DNA of 64,000 nt, taken from positions 80,600,001-80,664,000 of the forward strand of contig OX597818.1 of the NCBI GenBank assembly GCA_951406725.2, in the 5' to 3' direction. The notes under the pieces were generated by a model that saw only the letters and a program-made list of their open reading frames with translations, did no database searches and was not told the origin of the DNA. This DNA is from Octopus vulgaris. Lineage: Eukaryota. The translations under genes were made by a program, and so were the position numbers. Each line of letters opens with the position of its first letter. Position 1 is the stretch's first letter. Of the stretch, positions 30,803 through 43,755 are shown in pieces.

Positions 30803-31413
30803 GGCGCGGGTATGGCTGTGTGGTAAGAAGCTTGCTTCTCAAACATGTAACACCAGGTTCAATCCCACTACATGGCACCTTGGGCAAGTGTCTTCTATTA
30901 TAGCCTTGCACCGACCAGCGCCTTGTGAGTGGATATGGTTGACGGAAACTGAAAGAAGCTTATCGTGTGTGTGTGTATGTATATATATATATATTTGCTG
31001 TAGTTCCAGCTCATAGCTGTGGCCATGCTGATGCACCGCCGTTAACTAGACCTCCCCGGCGAGGAATCGAACCCCGGTTTCCCGCGTGACAGGCGGGGAT
31101 ATTTACCACTATATTACCGAGGACTGGCATATATATTATATACTTCAGCCATGCTAGGTCACCGTCAGTATATATATATATATATATATTTATTTATATG
31201 TGTGTGTATGTGTCTGTGCGAGACTTTGTCGTCTCCCCACCACTGCTTGACAACCGTTGCCGGTGTATTTACGTCCCCATAACTTAGCGGTTCGACAAAA
31301 GTAACCGATAAAATAAGTACCAGGCTTTTAAAAAGTACTGGGGTCGATACATTCGATTACAAAATTCTTCAAGGCGGTGCCCCAGCATGGCTGCAGTGTA
31401 ATGACTGAAGCAA
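30803..31413 (+). mobile_element. SINE family A split at its internal microsatellite by a tRNA-containing insert
   Basis: 5' half at 30803-30990, 3' half at ~31200-31413. Confidence 0.75.
31052..31123 (-). tRNA. trnD-GTC: tRNA-Asp(GTC), possibly a retrocopy/pseudogene
   Basis: TCCTCGG TA ATAT AGTGGTAA ATAT C CCCGC CTGTCAC GCGGG AAAC CGGGG TTCGATT CCTCG CCGGGGA G: 72-nt cloverleaf with all stems pairing. Differs from the usual metazoan Asp sequence (A10, variable loop AAAC) and has no adjacent oligo-T terminator. Confidence 0.9.
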
Positions 31414-31414
31414 A

Positions 31415-31471
<57 letters not shown>

Positions 31472-31968
31472 TGTCTGTACGTCTGTGGGCGCCCATCAGT
31501 TCCTTTTTTTCACCTTAAATCCTGATACAATCTACATTTAAAAGTTATTTGTAAGCAATTTCATTTTAAAAAAATACCCATTTTTCTGACAGTTATGAGG
31601 AAACAGTCAACTCGTGTGAATTATTCAAAACTCCTCCCTCCGAATAATTTTTTAAAACAAATTCCGACTGCAAGGTATATGGAGAAAATTGTTTAAAAAA
31701 ATCATCCATTTTTCTGAACTGGAAACAAATTCGAGGGATGTCACACTTGTCTAGGTATATCACGTCTTCCACGACGCTAATTGAGAAAGTTGTTATTGTG
31801 ATTTTCTTAAGGCAGTGATCAGTGATGTGTTGTACACACGGTGTGGTTGGCATTGTCCGCAGTCGCAGTCGGGCCCTAATAGCTGGTAGGTGGTTAGCAT
31901 TGATAAGTGTGGTATGATCACCATGCTGTGTGACATGAACAGTTGCAGGGGTGTTAAAGTGGAGAACA

Positions 31969-32014
<46 letters not shown>

Positions 32015-32526
32015 AAATAAAAATATATGCATACATACAAACATATATGTACGTACCTACATCTACATGTATATATACATGCATATATAAATAATTATAC
32101 GTGAGTACAGGACACCACAATAAGACGTAGAAACGGGAAAATACAAAAAACAAAAAACAAGAAAACGAAAAAACAAAAAACAAGAAAACGAAAAAAACAG
32201 TTACAGGACGTGCTACACAAGGAAAAAAACCCCGTCATCAGCTGTCGCTAGTAGAGTCAAGCATGTTTCGAAGGCAGAGACAGAACACTAATCCACTAGG
32301 CCTTCCTGCGAGAGAATTAAAATAAAATTTCAAGCAGCGGGGCAAAATGAGTACGAACACGAACAGGACGTAACAATAAAACTGCAAAAATAAAAATACA
32401 TGTACTAAAAATACAAATAAATACAAAACGAGAAAATAAAAAGAAAAAGAAATACAAAACGAGAAAATAAAATAAAAAGAGAAATACATATATATACATA
32501 TATGTATATACATATATATACATATA

Positions 32527-32900
32527 TCTCTCTCTATATAAACGGCAGTTTGTCTGTGCGTTTTCTGTGTGTCTGTTTTCTCGTACCCTCACTCTGACCA
32601 CGGCTTTCAACCGATTCTGATGAAACTTGACACACACATAGCCCAATGTCATAATTCAAAACTAACGCAGCGAAAATTTTGAAAAGTTCCCCCAGTTCTG
32701 AAAAAAATCGATAAATTCGACATGGGGTCGAGAATCAGAAACCCAAACCACAGACCGTCTAGGGGACGCAACTCCACCTTTTTTAAATCTCAAAAAAAAA
32801 TTTACCATAATTTTTTTGCTATTTTTTGGCTATAACTCTCTAAAAATGCTTTATAGTTATTTCCCTTACAAACCTGAGCAACGCCGGGCGATACTGCTAG
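32527..32900 (+). mobile_element. Non-autonomous Helitron
   Basis: A|TC start, ccgattctgatgaaactt motif, 3' hairpin cctgagcaacgccggg about 8 nt before CTAG|T. Confidence 0.75.
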
Positions 32901-33847
32901 TGTATATATATATGTATATACATATATTTATATATATATATATATACATATATGTATATATATGTATATACATATATGTATATATATATATACACATATT
33001 TATATACATACATATATATATTTATATACATACATATATATATTTATATATATATATATATATATAAAGATGAGTGTCTTTCGAGGGAATTTGTTCATTT
33101 TTAGCATATCGACTTATGCAGAGGTGTCTTCGTTGGTTTGAGGTTAAAATGGATGTTTAAAGTAATGATGAATAAATAACTCAGAGCATACATATGGTAT
33201 GCAATATGTCCTTCCCTTTTTCCTTTCTTATACATAATACGTTAAGGTATGGGTTTTAAAGGAGTTTGGCTGTTATTTCTAGCAAATCGAACGGTCGCGA
33301 AACCGCATCTTCATTAGTTCGTATTATTTTGCATGCAAAAGGCAAAAACAGCCTGATTTGCATCATAAGAAAAATCAATCAGTATTTCGAATACTGGTTG
33401 GTATCTTTGATGACTGTCTGAATATTTCTAGTCTCGAGGTATTAAAAATATATATATATGTATTTAAAAAGCAAAAGTTAAAATAAAGTGAAACTATAGA
33501 GATTGCTTTAAACTGATTTATGGCCGTCTTAAGATGGTTTGTCAGACAGAAACAAAGAGAAATCTATCAAGATTCGTCTTTCTTTACTTCTTTATTATTG
33601 TTATTATTCGGATGTATTTTTTTTGGCAAATAGTTTTTATTTTGTTTTTGATCTGAAATGATGTGTTGAAACAAATATTAGTGTTTCGCAAGAACCAGTC
33701 ACACACACACATATACACACACAATATTTTATCAACGTAAAATACTACAGGAGTTACTCAAGCACATAGTTTTTCGTGTTAAAAGCACATTGTCAGACAA
33801 CTCTGGGAATATTAAAGCTACTACTCAAGGAACCGAACCTTGAAATT

Positions 33848-34219
33848 CTTACTCTTTTACTCTCTTACCTGTTTCAGTCATTTGACTGCGGCCATGCTGG
33901 AGCACCGCCTTTAGTCGAGCAAATCGACCCCAGGACTTATTCTTTGTAAGCCTAGTAACTTATTCTATCGGTCTCTTTTGCCGAACCGCTAAGTTACGGA
34001 GACGCAAACACACCAGCATCGGTTGTCAAGCGATGTTGGGGGACAAACACACACACACGTATATACATACATATATACGACGGGCTTCTTTCAGTTTCTG
34101 TCTACCAAATCCACTCACAAGGCTTTGGTCAGCCCGAAGCTATAGTAGAAGACACTTGCCCAACCTGGAACCATGTGGTTGGTAAGCAAGCTACTTACCA
34201 TACAGCCACTCCTGCGCCT
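33848..34219 (-). mobile_element. SINE family A, CpG-intact
   Basis: Near-consensus reverse-complement copy. Confidence 0.9.
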
Positions 34220-34265
34220 ATAAATGTTTAACATTTTTCAAAACCCTCCCTGCTCTCTCTCTCTC

Positions 34266-34329
34266 CGCGCGCGCGCACGCACGCGCACGCACGCACGCGC
34301 ACGCACGCGCACGCACGCACGCGCACGCA

Positions 34330-34407
<78 letters not shown>
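34266..34407. repeat. (CG)n/(CACG)n/(CA)n alternating purine-pyrimidine tract
   Basis: Directly visible. Confidence 0.9.
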
Positions 34408-34410
<3 letters not shown>

Positions 34411-34509
34411 GAAATTGGCTTCAAACAACACCTCAAACCATTAAGATAATAAATATTTTTGTCTTGGAAATTAGTATTCGTTTCAAACATGAGTTCATGT
34501 TCCATCTTT

Positions 34510-34880
34510 TTGGTGGCTATATGGTAAGAGATTTACTTCCCGAGTTCAGTCCCATAGCGTAGCACCTTGGGCAAGTGCCTTCTACAATAGCCTCGGGTTG
34601 ACCAAAGCCTTGTGAGTGAATTTGGTAGACGGAAATCGAAAGAAGCGTGTGTGTGTCTGTGTCTATATGTATATATCTGTGTGTGTATGTTTGTGTCTAT
34701 ATGCCCACCACTTGACAACCGGTGTTGGTGTGTTTACGTCCCTGTAACTTAGCGATTCGGCAAATTAGAACGATAGAATAATAGTCTTTAAAATAGTCCA
34801 GGGGGCGATTTGTTCGCCTAAAATTCTTTCAAGAGGGTGTCCCAGCATGGCCGCTGTCAAAAGACTGGAACAAGTAAAAG
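34510..34880 (+). mobile_element. SINE family A
   Basis: Matches the other copies. Confidence 0.85.
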
Positions 34881-35017
34881 ATATCTATAATTATTGTATG
34901 CCATATTTTTTGATAACCAGGGTGGCGAAAATAAACTTCCAAAGATACCCGTCGTATGACGAGCAACACGCTATAATGTATCCTAGTGAAAGCGTGTGTC
35001 CTAGTAGGCTGAGGGTG

Positions 35018-35330
35018 AGGACGCATGGCTTAGTGGTTAGGATTTTCGGCTCACGGTCGTGAGTTCAATTCCCGGCGGCGCGTTGTGTCCTTGAGCAAGA
35101 CACTTTATTTCACGTTGCTCCAGTCCACTCAGCTGGCGAAACCGAGTTGTAACGGTAATCCAAAGGGGCCAGTTCTTCTACATTCTGTGTCATGTTGAAT
35201 CTCCTTGAGAACTACATTAAGGGTGTGCGTGTCTGTGGAATCCTCAGTCACTTGCACGTTAATTTCACGAGCAAGCTCTTTTGTAGATTGGATCAACTGG
35301 AACCTTCGTCGTCGTAACAGACGGAGTACC
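35018..35330 (+). mobile_element. SINE family C (CORE-like)
   Basis: tggcttagtggttagg, gagttcaattccc, ccttgagcaagacactttatttcacgttgctccag. Confidence 0.82.
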
Positions 35331-35630
35331 AGTATGTTAGGGTGTTCAGCCTTTGATCATAAGTTCATGAGTTCAATTCCAAGGCCAGACACTTCATTTC
35401 ACATTCTTTCTTCAGTCTACTCAGCCATAATGAACACCAACCGACTTCTAGGGCAGCCCTTTCTTCCTTCAGCTATAACCTCCCAGATATTGCAATCACT
35501 TGGTGAGGGACCGATAAAGTGTTTGTGTTTGCTCGCAACTACATAGACACCTAAAAACAAATATCGAAAATGTGGTGCATGTTACCTAGCCCTTATCGCT
35601 CACGTGTGACGTCTAGTTAGATGCATTTAA

Positions 35631-35883
35631 GCCTTAAACGGCGGAAAAGGGTTACATTGTATGTATGTGCCAAAGGGGCAGAAAAAGAAAAATCGCTTTT
35701 TTCATAAGGGTTATTTTATTCTTATTTTCCCTTTAAATTAGTACAAAACCTACAATAATTGTCTCTTGCAGAATATGCAAAATGTACGAGTTCATTATCG
35801 AAAAATGCCGTAAAATATTCACTATCCTTTGAGATGATGGCCGTATCTGAAAGCATCATTTGATGATGGCCGCCGTTTAAAGG
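35631..35883. mobile_element. piggyBac-type MITE
   Basis: TTAA|gccttaaacggcgg ... ccgccgtttaaagg|TTAA. Confidence 0.65.
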
Positions 35884-35921
35884 TTAAAGCATTCGTGATA
35901 TTAATGCAATTTAAGCAAAAC

Positions 35922-36310
35922 AGGCGTGGCTTGTGGCAAGAAGTTTGCTTTCCAGCCACGTGGTTCCGGTTTGAGTCTCACTGCGTGGCACCTGGCGCAG
36001 GTGTCTTTTACTATATCCCTGGGTCGACCAAAACCTTGTGAGTGGATTTAGTAGACGGAAACTGAAAGAAGCCCGTCGTACATTTGTGTGTTATATATGT
36101 GTGTCTGTGTTTGTCCCCGCCCCACCGCTTGACAACCGGAGTTGATGTGCTCACCGTCCCTGTAACTTTAGCGGTTCGGCAAAAGACACCGATGGAGTAA
36201 GTACTCGGTTTTATAAAGTATAAGCACTGGGGTCGACTCGTTCGACAAAAATTCAAGACGGTGCCCCAGCATGGCTGCAGTCTGATGGTTGAAACAAATA
36301 GAAGATAAAA
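35922..36310 (+). mobile_element. SINE family A
   Basis: Matches the other copies. Confidence 0.85.
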
Positions 36311-36522
36311 GATAAAACAAAGATGACGGTTGAAAGTCTGCCTCCTCCAAGTGGATAAGTTTTCGGAGTAGCTGTTTATTGTAGGTGCGTTGAAACCAAT
36401 CCCAAAAATATTTCTTCAGGGCGGACTATTGAATTTAGACAGTGAAGATGAGGAATATCTTGTAAAATATTTAAGGTTGGGATTAACGGAGAATCTTGCC
36501 TCTCCCAATATAGAAACATTTC

Positions 36523-37010
36523 TCATGGACCAGCGGACAAAATGGAAAAGGCGTTGCTCCGGAGAATAGCGAGGGAGATGCGCTGGAACAACCACTCTTG
36601 GCTCACGGGGCTCGCACTTGCGGACAGCCATCTCCGCCCCATTGCGGTGAGCAGAGATATAGTCCAAGGTTCAAGAACGTCGGAGGTCTCAACCGCCACG
36701 GACTCGACCATAAACTTGTTGGGAGAGCGACCGAATGGAAAGGCGTTACTGCGGAAGATAGCGAGGGAGATGCACTGGAACAACCATTCTTGGCTCACGG
36801 GGTCCGTAATTGCAGACGGCAATCTCCACCCCGATAGGGTTACGGTCCAGAGATATGGTCTCAACTTCCACGGGCTCGACCATAAACCTGTCGGAGAGCG
36901 ACCGATACCTTTGACGGTTTTTCTTTTTTTCTCAGCCTAACGGGCAGCGGATCTTGGACTGATAGCTGACAAAACCAAGTTGCCAGTGGGGAAGGTGCCA
37001 TAGCCGTGAG
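36523..37010 (-). mobile_element. 3' fragment of a CRE-clade (RLE) non-LTR retrotransposon, with the C-terminal ~190 bp tandemly duplicated
   Basis: Minus-strand peptides SAAR*AEKK..RYRSLSDRFMVEPVEVET and VAVETSDVLEPW..LL..MGRR..EWLFQRISLAILRSNAFSIL match the PxAVETxG...QRISLAIxRGNA C-terminus of CRE-like elements. Confidence 0.75.
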
Positions 37011-37282
37011 ACAGCGAAACTTGAATTGATAGTGAAACATTCACCCCGCTTCATTCGCTTTACGTAAAGCAATTTCATTCGGCTGTTAGTATGATTTCAT
37101 TAGTAAATATTCTGTTGTCATTTGTCACTTAACCAACCTAACGTTGTGTGAGTGTTAGCTGCAGATGGAAACTGGTTTCGTTGTGGAATAATTTGTTCTG
37201 CACAACAAACAGATGGTTGCGGCTTTCATACCAATCAAAACCTCACCAATTGGAATAAACTTCCCAGGTGCAAAACACTCAC

Positions 37283-37320
<38 letters not shown>

Positions 37321-37645
37321 ACATGGTATTTGAGAAGGACTCCGTGCATACACGTGTGAGATTATGTGAAGATATGAGGTGTAAATTACAAATACACACA
37401 CACACATTGCATGAGCAGAACTGCATCTGTGTAATGATGTGATAAGTGGTGTTAACTTCGTGTGTGTGTGTGTGTGTGTGCGCGCGCGCGCATATAACAC
37501 ACAAACTAATTAAGACTGCGTCGTGTACGTGTGCAACAAAGTGAAAGCATGTACATAATTGTAAATTTTTTTCGTTTGTGTATACGTGTGTATGTATGTA
37601 TGTATGTATAGATTTTTGAAGTGGTGTACAGATTTTACATATCTG

Positions 37646-37820
37646 TGACGAGCTGGCAGAATCGTTGGTACGCCGGGTGATATGCATGGCGGTAATTTCG
37701 TCCGCCTCTACGTTCTGAGTTCAAATTCCGCCGAGGTCGATTTAGCCTTTCATCTTTTCGGGGGTCAATGAAGCAAGCACCAGTGGAACACTGAGGTCAA
37801 TGTAATCGACTTAACTACTC
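37646..37820 (+). mobile_element. SINE family B
   Basis: gacgagctggcagaatcg...gagttcaaattccgccgaggtcg. Confidence 0.85.
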
Positions 37821-38025
37821 CTGAGTATGAGTATATATATAAAAAAAAGGAAGAAAATTGCATCCTTCTGTCAAACCACATTGAGCCAGTTTGGCAGAGT
37901 AGGCTCATTAAACCAGTCTGATCTCAAGCTCAAACTCACAGCCTACACATTGAACCGTGGATGGTGGAGAGAACATGCTGAGGCCTTCGTCCCATAGTGG
38001 ACTGAACATGCGCAATCCAATCCAA

Positions 38026-38060
<35 letters not shown>

Positions 38061-38271
38061 TTTCATTTCAGGCACTTGACTGCACCCATGCTGAAGCACC
38101 ACCTTTTAGTCGAAGAAAGACTTATTCTTTGTAAACCTAGTACTTTATTATATCGGTCTCTTTTGCCGAACCGCTACGTTACCGCTAAACACACTATATA
38201 TAATAGGCGCAGAGGGTCATAGTTTTTGCCAAACAACCACACGCACTATATACTTGCTCTTCATTTCAGCC

Positions 38272-38323
<52 letters not shown>

Positions 38324-38702
38324 GTTAGTGTTGTTTCTCTGAAATCTTTCGGCACACGTCCAATGACCTCTTCAGCAACTCTCCATCCCACGTGTCTTCT
38401 TTTTAAGTCATTCTTTCCTTCTGTGGTGTGTGTGTGTGTATATACACACATATTAACGTTTGATGTTATGCCGATATACATAAAAATGTTATTTAACATT
38501 AAACAGAAGGATTGCCCAATACTTTCTAATAGAGTAAACCTTTATTAAGCTTTTACAAGGAAAAGGTTGACAGCGACTTCGAAGTTTCGGCTTCGGCTGA
38601 AGTCATGCTGGAATACCACCGTGGTTTTGTTGATTTCATGTCTGGGTTGTTTCGCATCACTACTCCTGTATATTGCGTTTGTCCCAGCTATTGGTCCATT
38701 TG

Positions 38703-38960
38703 TGGAGGCGCGTGGCTTAGTGGTTAGGGTGTCAACACCATGATCGTAAGATTGTGGTTTCGATTCCTGGACCGGGCGACGCGTTGTGTTCTTGAGCAAA
38801 ACACTTCGTTTCACGTTGCTCCAGTCCACTCAGCTGGCAAAAATGAGTAACGCTGCGATGGACTGGCGTCCCGTCCAGCTGGGGAACACATATGCCATAG
38901 AAACCGGGAAACCGGGCCCATGAGCCTGGCTAGGCTTTAAAAGGGCGCATTTATTTTTAT
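38703..38960 (+). mobile_element. SINE family C (CORE-like), full length
   Basis: ggaggcgcgtggcttagtggttaggg...ttcgattcc...cttgagcaaaacactt; possible target duplication tattggtccatttg on both sides. Confidence 0.85.
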
Positions 38961-38974
38961 TATTGGTCCATTTG

Positions 38975-39540
38975 GTATATAAGGAAGTTTGATTCCGCTG
39001 CCCTCGTCTATACTTCATGTCGGGCCGTTGGTTCATCCGATATTGTGGAGAGGAGGATGTCTAGTTCCTTTTTGAAGACATCTATTTCCACCTTATGCAG
39101 ATTTCTTAATTTTTATGGCAGGGCATTAAAGAGCTGTTGGTCTTTGAACCCTAGGCTATTGCAGTAGCTGGTCCTGAATTTAGATAGAGTGGATGGTACC
39201 TTTGGTATTATATATATATATTATTAATTTTATTGTATTTTGTATTTATATTGGTGTAACATCGTCTGTTTTTCCGTCTTTGTTTTCGTATACATTCGAT
39301 GTTTTCTTCCAAGGAATCTAATGCTCTTAGCTTAGTTTTTCCTTGGGGCTGGCCAGATTGGAGCAATCTCAAGATTAATCAGCCGAAATTGCGACGATGA
39401 TTCGGTTCTTGACTGAGGATAGAGAGCTTCGAATGACTAGTCCTTGTTTTTTTGTATCGTCTATCTGGATGTTTTGTTGTCCCTTTTTGTGTCATCTAGT
39501 TGTCCGGATGCTTTGCGTTCTTGTCCCATTTTGTATTATA
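38975..39540 (+). mobile_element. Repeat remnant related to 63640-63800 (Penelope-like terminal region suspected)
   Basis: Shared segment aatctaatgc...cttggggctggcc...cagccgaaatt...gatgattcgg...ctga(g/a)gat. Confidence 0.5.
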
Positions 39541-40203
39541 TATATACAGCGGCGTACGTACACTTTGTTCTCATATATATATATATATATACACATACAC
39601 ATATATAGCGAGAGAGAAAGAGAGATAGACGGGTACGCACACACAGTCATAGAAAAAATGTGTTACTTATTTGTATGTATTTGTATCATTGCGTATAATA
39701 CACCCAAAGAAATGCAAAAACAAAACAAAAGAAATAAAGGTAAAACATGAGAATGAACAAAAAGAAAATATAACCCGAACTAGACCCAACAAGCGAACAG
39801 CTGTAGTGTGTAGAGAATGGAGGTGGTGGTGGGGTGCAATAATGATGGGGAGATTGGTAGGAAAAGAAAGATTGAATGTGGTTGCGGGGGTGGATGGGTG
39901 GTGAGGTAAACAAAGATATATATATATATATAAGAAATTAGATAAAAAAAAATAACAAAAGAACTAAACAATAAAACACAGATACACTGAAAAATAAATG
40001 ATAAAAGCAATAAAATAAAAGAAAGCAAAGTAATAAATATATAAACAAACAAGCAAACAAACAAACAAGCAAACGTAAAACAGACGTTAAATCGTTGCCA
40101 AAAAAAGCTAATCCTTGCAAGTTTGGCTGCATGCCAGAAAGAGGCAAGTTATCGGGCGTTGAGGCTATGTAATTCACTGCTAAGGACTAACGTATTATGT
40201 ACT

Positions 40204-40251
<48 letters not shown>

Positions 40252-40429
40252 CCTTCTTTCTTACCCCCTCCCGCGCTCTCTCTTTCTCTGTTACCCTCTC
40301 TCTCTCTTTCTGACTGTCAGTTGGCGTGTATGTCAGCTTGCCTGTGTCTTAGCAGGCAGTATTGTCTCATTGAATGTCTAAGTCTGTTTCTATCTCGTGC
40401 TCTCTCTTTCTCAATATAACAACAATAAT

Positions 40430-40636
40430 AATCCTTTCTACATAAGGCACAAGGCCTGAAATTTGTGGGGAGGAGGCTAGTCGATTACATCGACCCTCGG
40501 GTTTCACTGATACTTAATTTATCGACTCCGAAAGGATGAAAGGCAAAGTCGACCTCGGCGGAATTTGAACTCGGAATGTATCGACAATCCTTTCTACTAA
40601 AGGCACAAGGTACCGATTCTGCCAGCTCACTGCCTT
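40430..40636 (-). mobile_element. SINE family B
   Basis: Matches the other copies; flanked by (TAA)n. Confidence 0.8.
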
Positions 40637-40677
40637 AATAATAATAATAATAATAATAATAACAACAACAACAAAGG

Positions 40678-40925
40678 TGGAAACATGGGTGGTTCGTTCA
40701 ACATCCTTAAACAATCCTTATTCAGGGATCTATTGTGTGGGATGGGCTATTCGACCTGAAGAAAATTTAAACTGGGCCCCACCTGCAAGGTCATGCGCTG
40801 TTTATCTTGATGCATGTGCCTGGTGTGCCCTTACCAGACTGGTAGTCACGATGGGGCTTTGTATATTTTACCTCAGTGTCACTTTGATGGCATGAACTGC
40901 TCTCTCACCCAATAATAATAATAAT
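40678..40925 (+). mobile_element. Possible LINE 3' end with (AAT)n tail (R4/Dong-like)
   Basis: Non-SINE segment bounded by (TAA/CAA)n and ending ctctctcacccaataataataat. Confidence 0.3.
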
Positions 40926-41243
40926 AGAATGTTGAAGTGAATCTAACGGTTTTTGTGTGGTTTTTAAATGGCTTATTAACACCGTCCACACTGCAATTGT
41001 TAATAATATTTTCTTTATTAACCACTAAGGGTTCACAAAAACATTGGGGACGGTACAGGTTGGTACAATGTCGGGTTACATAAAGGAGAGTGTATAAAGA
41101 GCAGCAAACAATAGAATTTCAATAATAAATAATTCCCCCAAAAGAGGAATACTTCTTTGGGTTGCTCGCAGAAACTCCAAAAAATCGCGGTCGACCTGAT
41201 CACGAGGGCAAGTGCCCTTTTCTCATACTCTTCCGTCAATCTA

Positions 41244-41732
41244 CAGTGATCCCTCGCTACTTCGCGGTTCAACTATCGCGGATTTTAAATATATATATAT
41301 ATATATATGAACGCCTAAATTTTTTTTATTAAATCCATTAAAATATTAATAATAAATATTATTTCCTAGTCTAGGAACAACAAAGCAAGCGTAAAATAGC
41401 AAAAAAAGCATATACGGGGGTATTTGAACTTAAGACGGGCTGGGATTGGTGCAATGGAGAGAGACGACGAATCGCAGCTTTCTATTTTGTAATCTAGCCT
41501 GTGTAACAGTAACAATTTAAATTTTTTTTAATTTAAAGTGCTATTGCTTAACAGTTGTCCTTGTTATTAATAGACTACTGTAATGGATGCGTTGTTAACT
41601 GTACAGGGAGGGTTTTAAAAGTCCAAATACACGTTAAATAAATACTGTAAATATAGTGTCCCTACTTCGCGGAAATTCAGTTATCGCAGCCGGTCTCGGA
41701 ACCAATCTACCGCGATAAACGAGGGATCACTG
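41244..41732. mobile_element. Tigger/pogo-type MITE
   Basis: TA|CAGTGATCCCTCG ... CGAGGGATCACTG|TA (13-bp exact TIR extending imperfectly). Confidence 0.88.
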
Positions 41733-41739
41733 TATAGAC

Positions 41740-42328
41740 TTATGCCTACATATTGAGTAAGCCCGTTCACTCCGACCGTCCTAGTCACATTCACCCACAT
41801 TGGGTGCACAAGGCAGCACTTGGCTTTCTAACATAATTTTCCTGTCCAAGGAAACTTGAAAAAAGTCGATGAGAGCTTGGCCCAAGAGTGAAGGTGTCTG
41901 TCTTCAACCCTTTCAATCTGGTCCACCACACAACCTCTATCGCTAAGGTCGCCAGATTAATACTGCCTGTCCTTCCCGACCAAAGAGAAGAGGTGGGACG
42001 ATCTTCGAAGACGAAGGTAGCGGGACTCGGATGATAACCGGATCCATCCTACATATACATGACAGCAAGTGTTCGATGTAAACTCACGAGTGAGCAATGC
42101 TTGGACAATGGACGAATGCGTGCAGAACAGTTTTGTCGCTGTGTGGGCATCTCGGATAAGCCCGGCTGACGGTACTTCCATGCTTGTAGAGTTTATCTCG
42201 AGCCAGCCATGCCACTCGGTAGCACTGCCAGTCTAAGGATTTCTAGAAGTTATCCATAATAGTTCCCAGCCCAAAACTCTTCCGAAACAGGTTAGGTAGT
42301 TCGTTCTTGTCGACTCTTAGAGTTTCTC
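41740..42328 (-). mobile_element. Tx1/L1-clade LINE ORF2 C-terminal (zf-RVT) remnant
   Basis: Minus-strand translation SLDWQCYRVAWLARDKLYKHGSTVSRAYPRCPHSDKTVLHAFVHCPSI (degenerate CxxC-x7-H-x4-C) with stops. Confidence 0.75.
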
Positions 42329-42349
42329 TAATAATAATAATTCTGGGTT

Positions 42350-42810
42350 CAAGACATTTGGTGCAAGGTCAATATTTCTGGTGGAGAGAGGTGAGTCGAT
42401 TACATTGGACCCTAGTATTTGACTAGTACTTTATTTTATTGATTATAGAAGGATGGAAATCAAAGTCGATCTCGACAGAATTCGAATTCAACGTAAAAAG
42501 ACGGAAGAAATGCCGTTTAGCATTTTTTCCGACGCGCTAAAGATTCTGCCATCTCTCCGCCTTCCCAGTGCGAATAAAAATAATCCTTTCTACTATAGGA
42601 ACAAGGTCTGCAATTTAGGTGGAATGGGTAAGTCAATTAAATTGACCTCGGTACTAGATTGGTAATTAATATATCGACCCCAAAAGAATGAAAAGCAAAG
42701 TCGACCTCGGCGGAATTTTAACTCAGAACGTAAAGACAGACGAAATACCGATAATGATAATAATCATAATAATCATTTCTACTAAAGGCATAAGACCTGA
42801 AATTTGGGAG
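42350..42810 (-). mobile_element. Tandem SINE family B copies
   Basis: Two to three head-to-tail copies. Confidence 0.8.
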
Positions 42811-43755
42811 GAGGGTACTAATCGTTTCAAAGGCTTTATTGGATCTTCTACAATTCGAATGAGAGTTACGGGTAATGGGTACTTTGTGCAATTATTGTGC
42901 TGGAGACATGAAGAAGGATGAAAAAGCTTGTTGGTGACAATAAAAATGAGTTTACATGTACAAAGCTACGAATAGGTAGCTTAGCGAATGACTGACAGTG
43001 ATAATTACGAGGTATTACATAATCTGTCTTGGAAGTAAAGTGAATGTTTCTCAGATTCACTTTTTCTGATAAGGAGAAAAACTGACTGGTACTTTATTGA
43101 CCGACCATGGAAGGATGAAAGACAAACTTGTCCTCTGTGGAATTTGAACTCAGAATGCAAAATGCCAGAATAAATGCCACAGGGCATTTCGTACCGCATG
43201 CTCTTACGATTCTGCCTTTTCGGATAGTCTGTGTATAGGTGCGCCACCGATTTCTCGGTACCCTTGGTTCCTATATCATCTGTGGTCATGTAATAAAACT
43301 TTAAATTTTGTCCCGTTGCTTCTCAATGCTATAAGCAATAGAGGAACCAATGCCATAGACATAACACAGCTTGCGTACCGAAACCCTATAGTTCATTTTT
43401 TTTTCGACAGTTCTACTCCTTTATCTTGGATTGATATGGATTAGTGCTTACATTTGAAATAACTTCTGCTGCTCTTGGTTCTCTTAGTTGTAGCCATAGC
43501 TAAAAGCAATTTTAGGATAAATAACCAGAAGGTATCGCCAGTAACTAGTGCAATGTGAATAACACATGTAAACATACGGTACACACAACATCTGTAGTTG
43601 CGCAATGAACTAGACTGGTGACTAAAGAAATTTCAAGCCCTCCCCCACTCTTTGTAATTCATCTGGAAGTGCCTCACTATCACTTCCCGGTTTGTCTGAA
43701 GTGCATCTATGTGTGAGTGTATGTTTATGTATGTATATATGTGTGTTTGTATGTA

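Noticed and set aside
36542-36940. 132-aa plus-strand ORF with an internal repeat, as a novel repeat protein
   Set aside because: It is the antisense of a duplicated CRE-type retrotransposon C-terminus.
37150-37290. Short open frame and CAGATG E-box cluster
   Set aside because: No convincing splice sites; the hexamers are too common to support a call.
38703-38780. SINE heads as tRNA genes
   Set aside because: A and B boxes are present, but there is no full cloverleaf and each head is followed by a SINE body.
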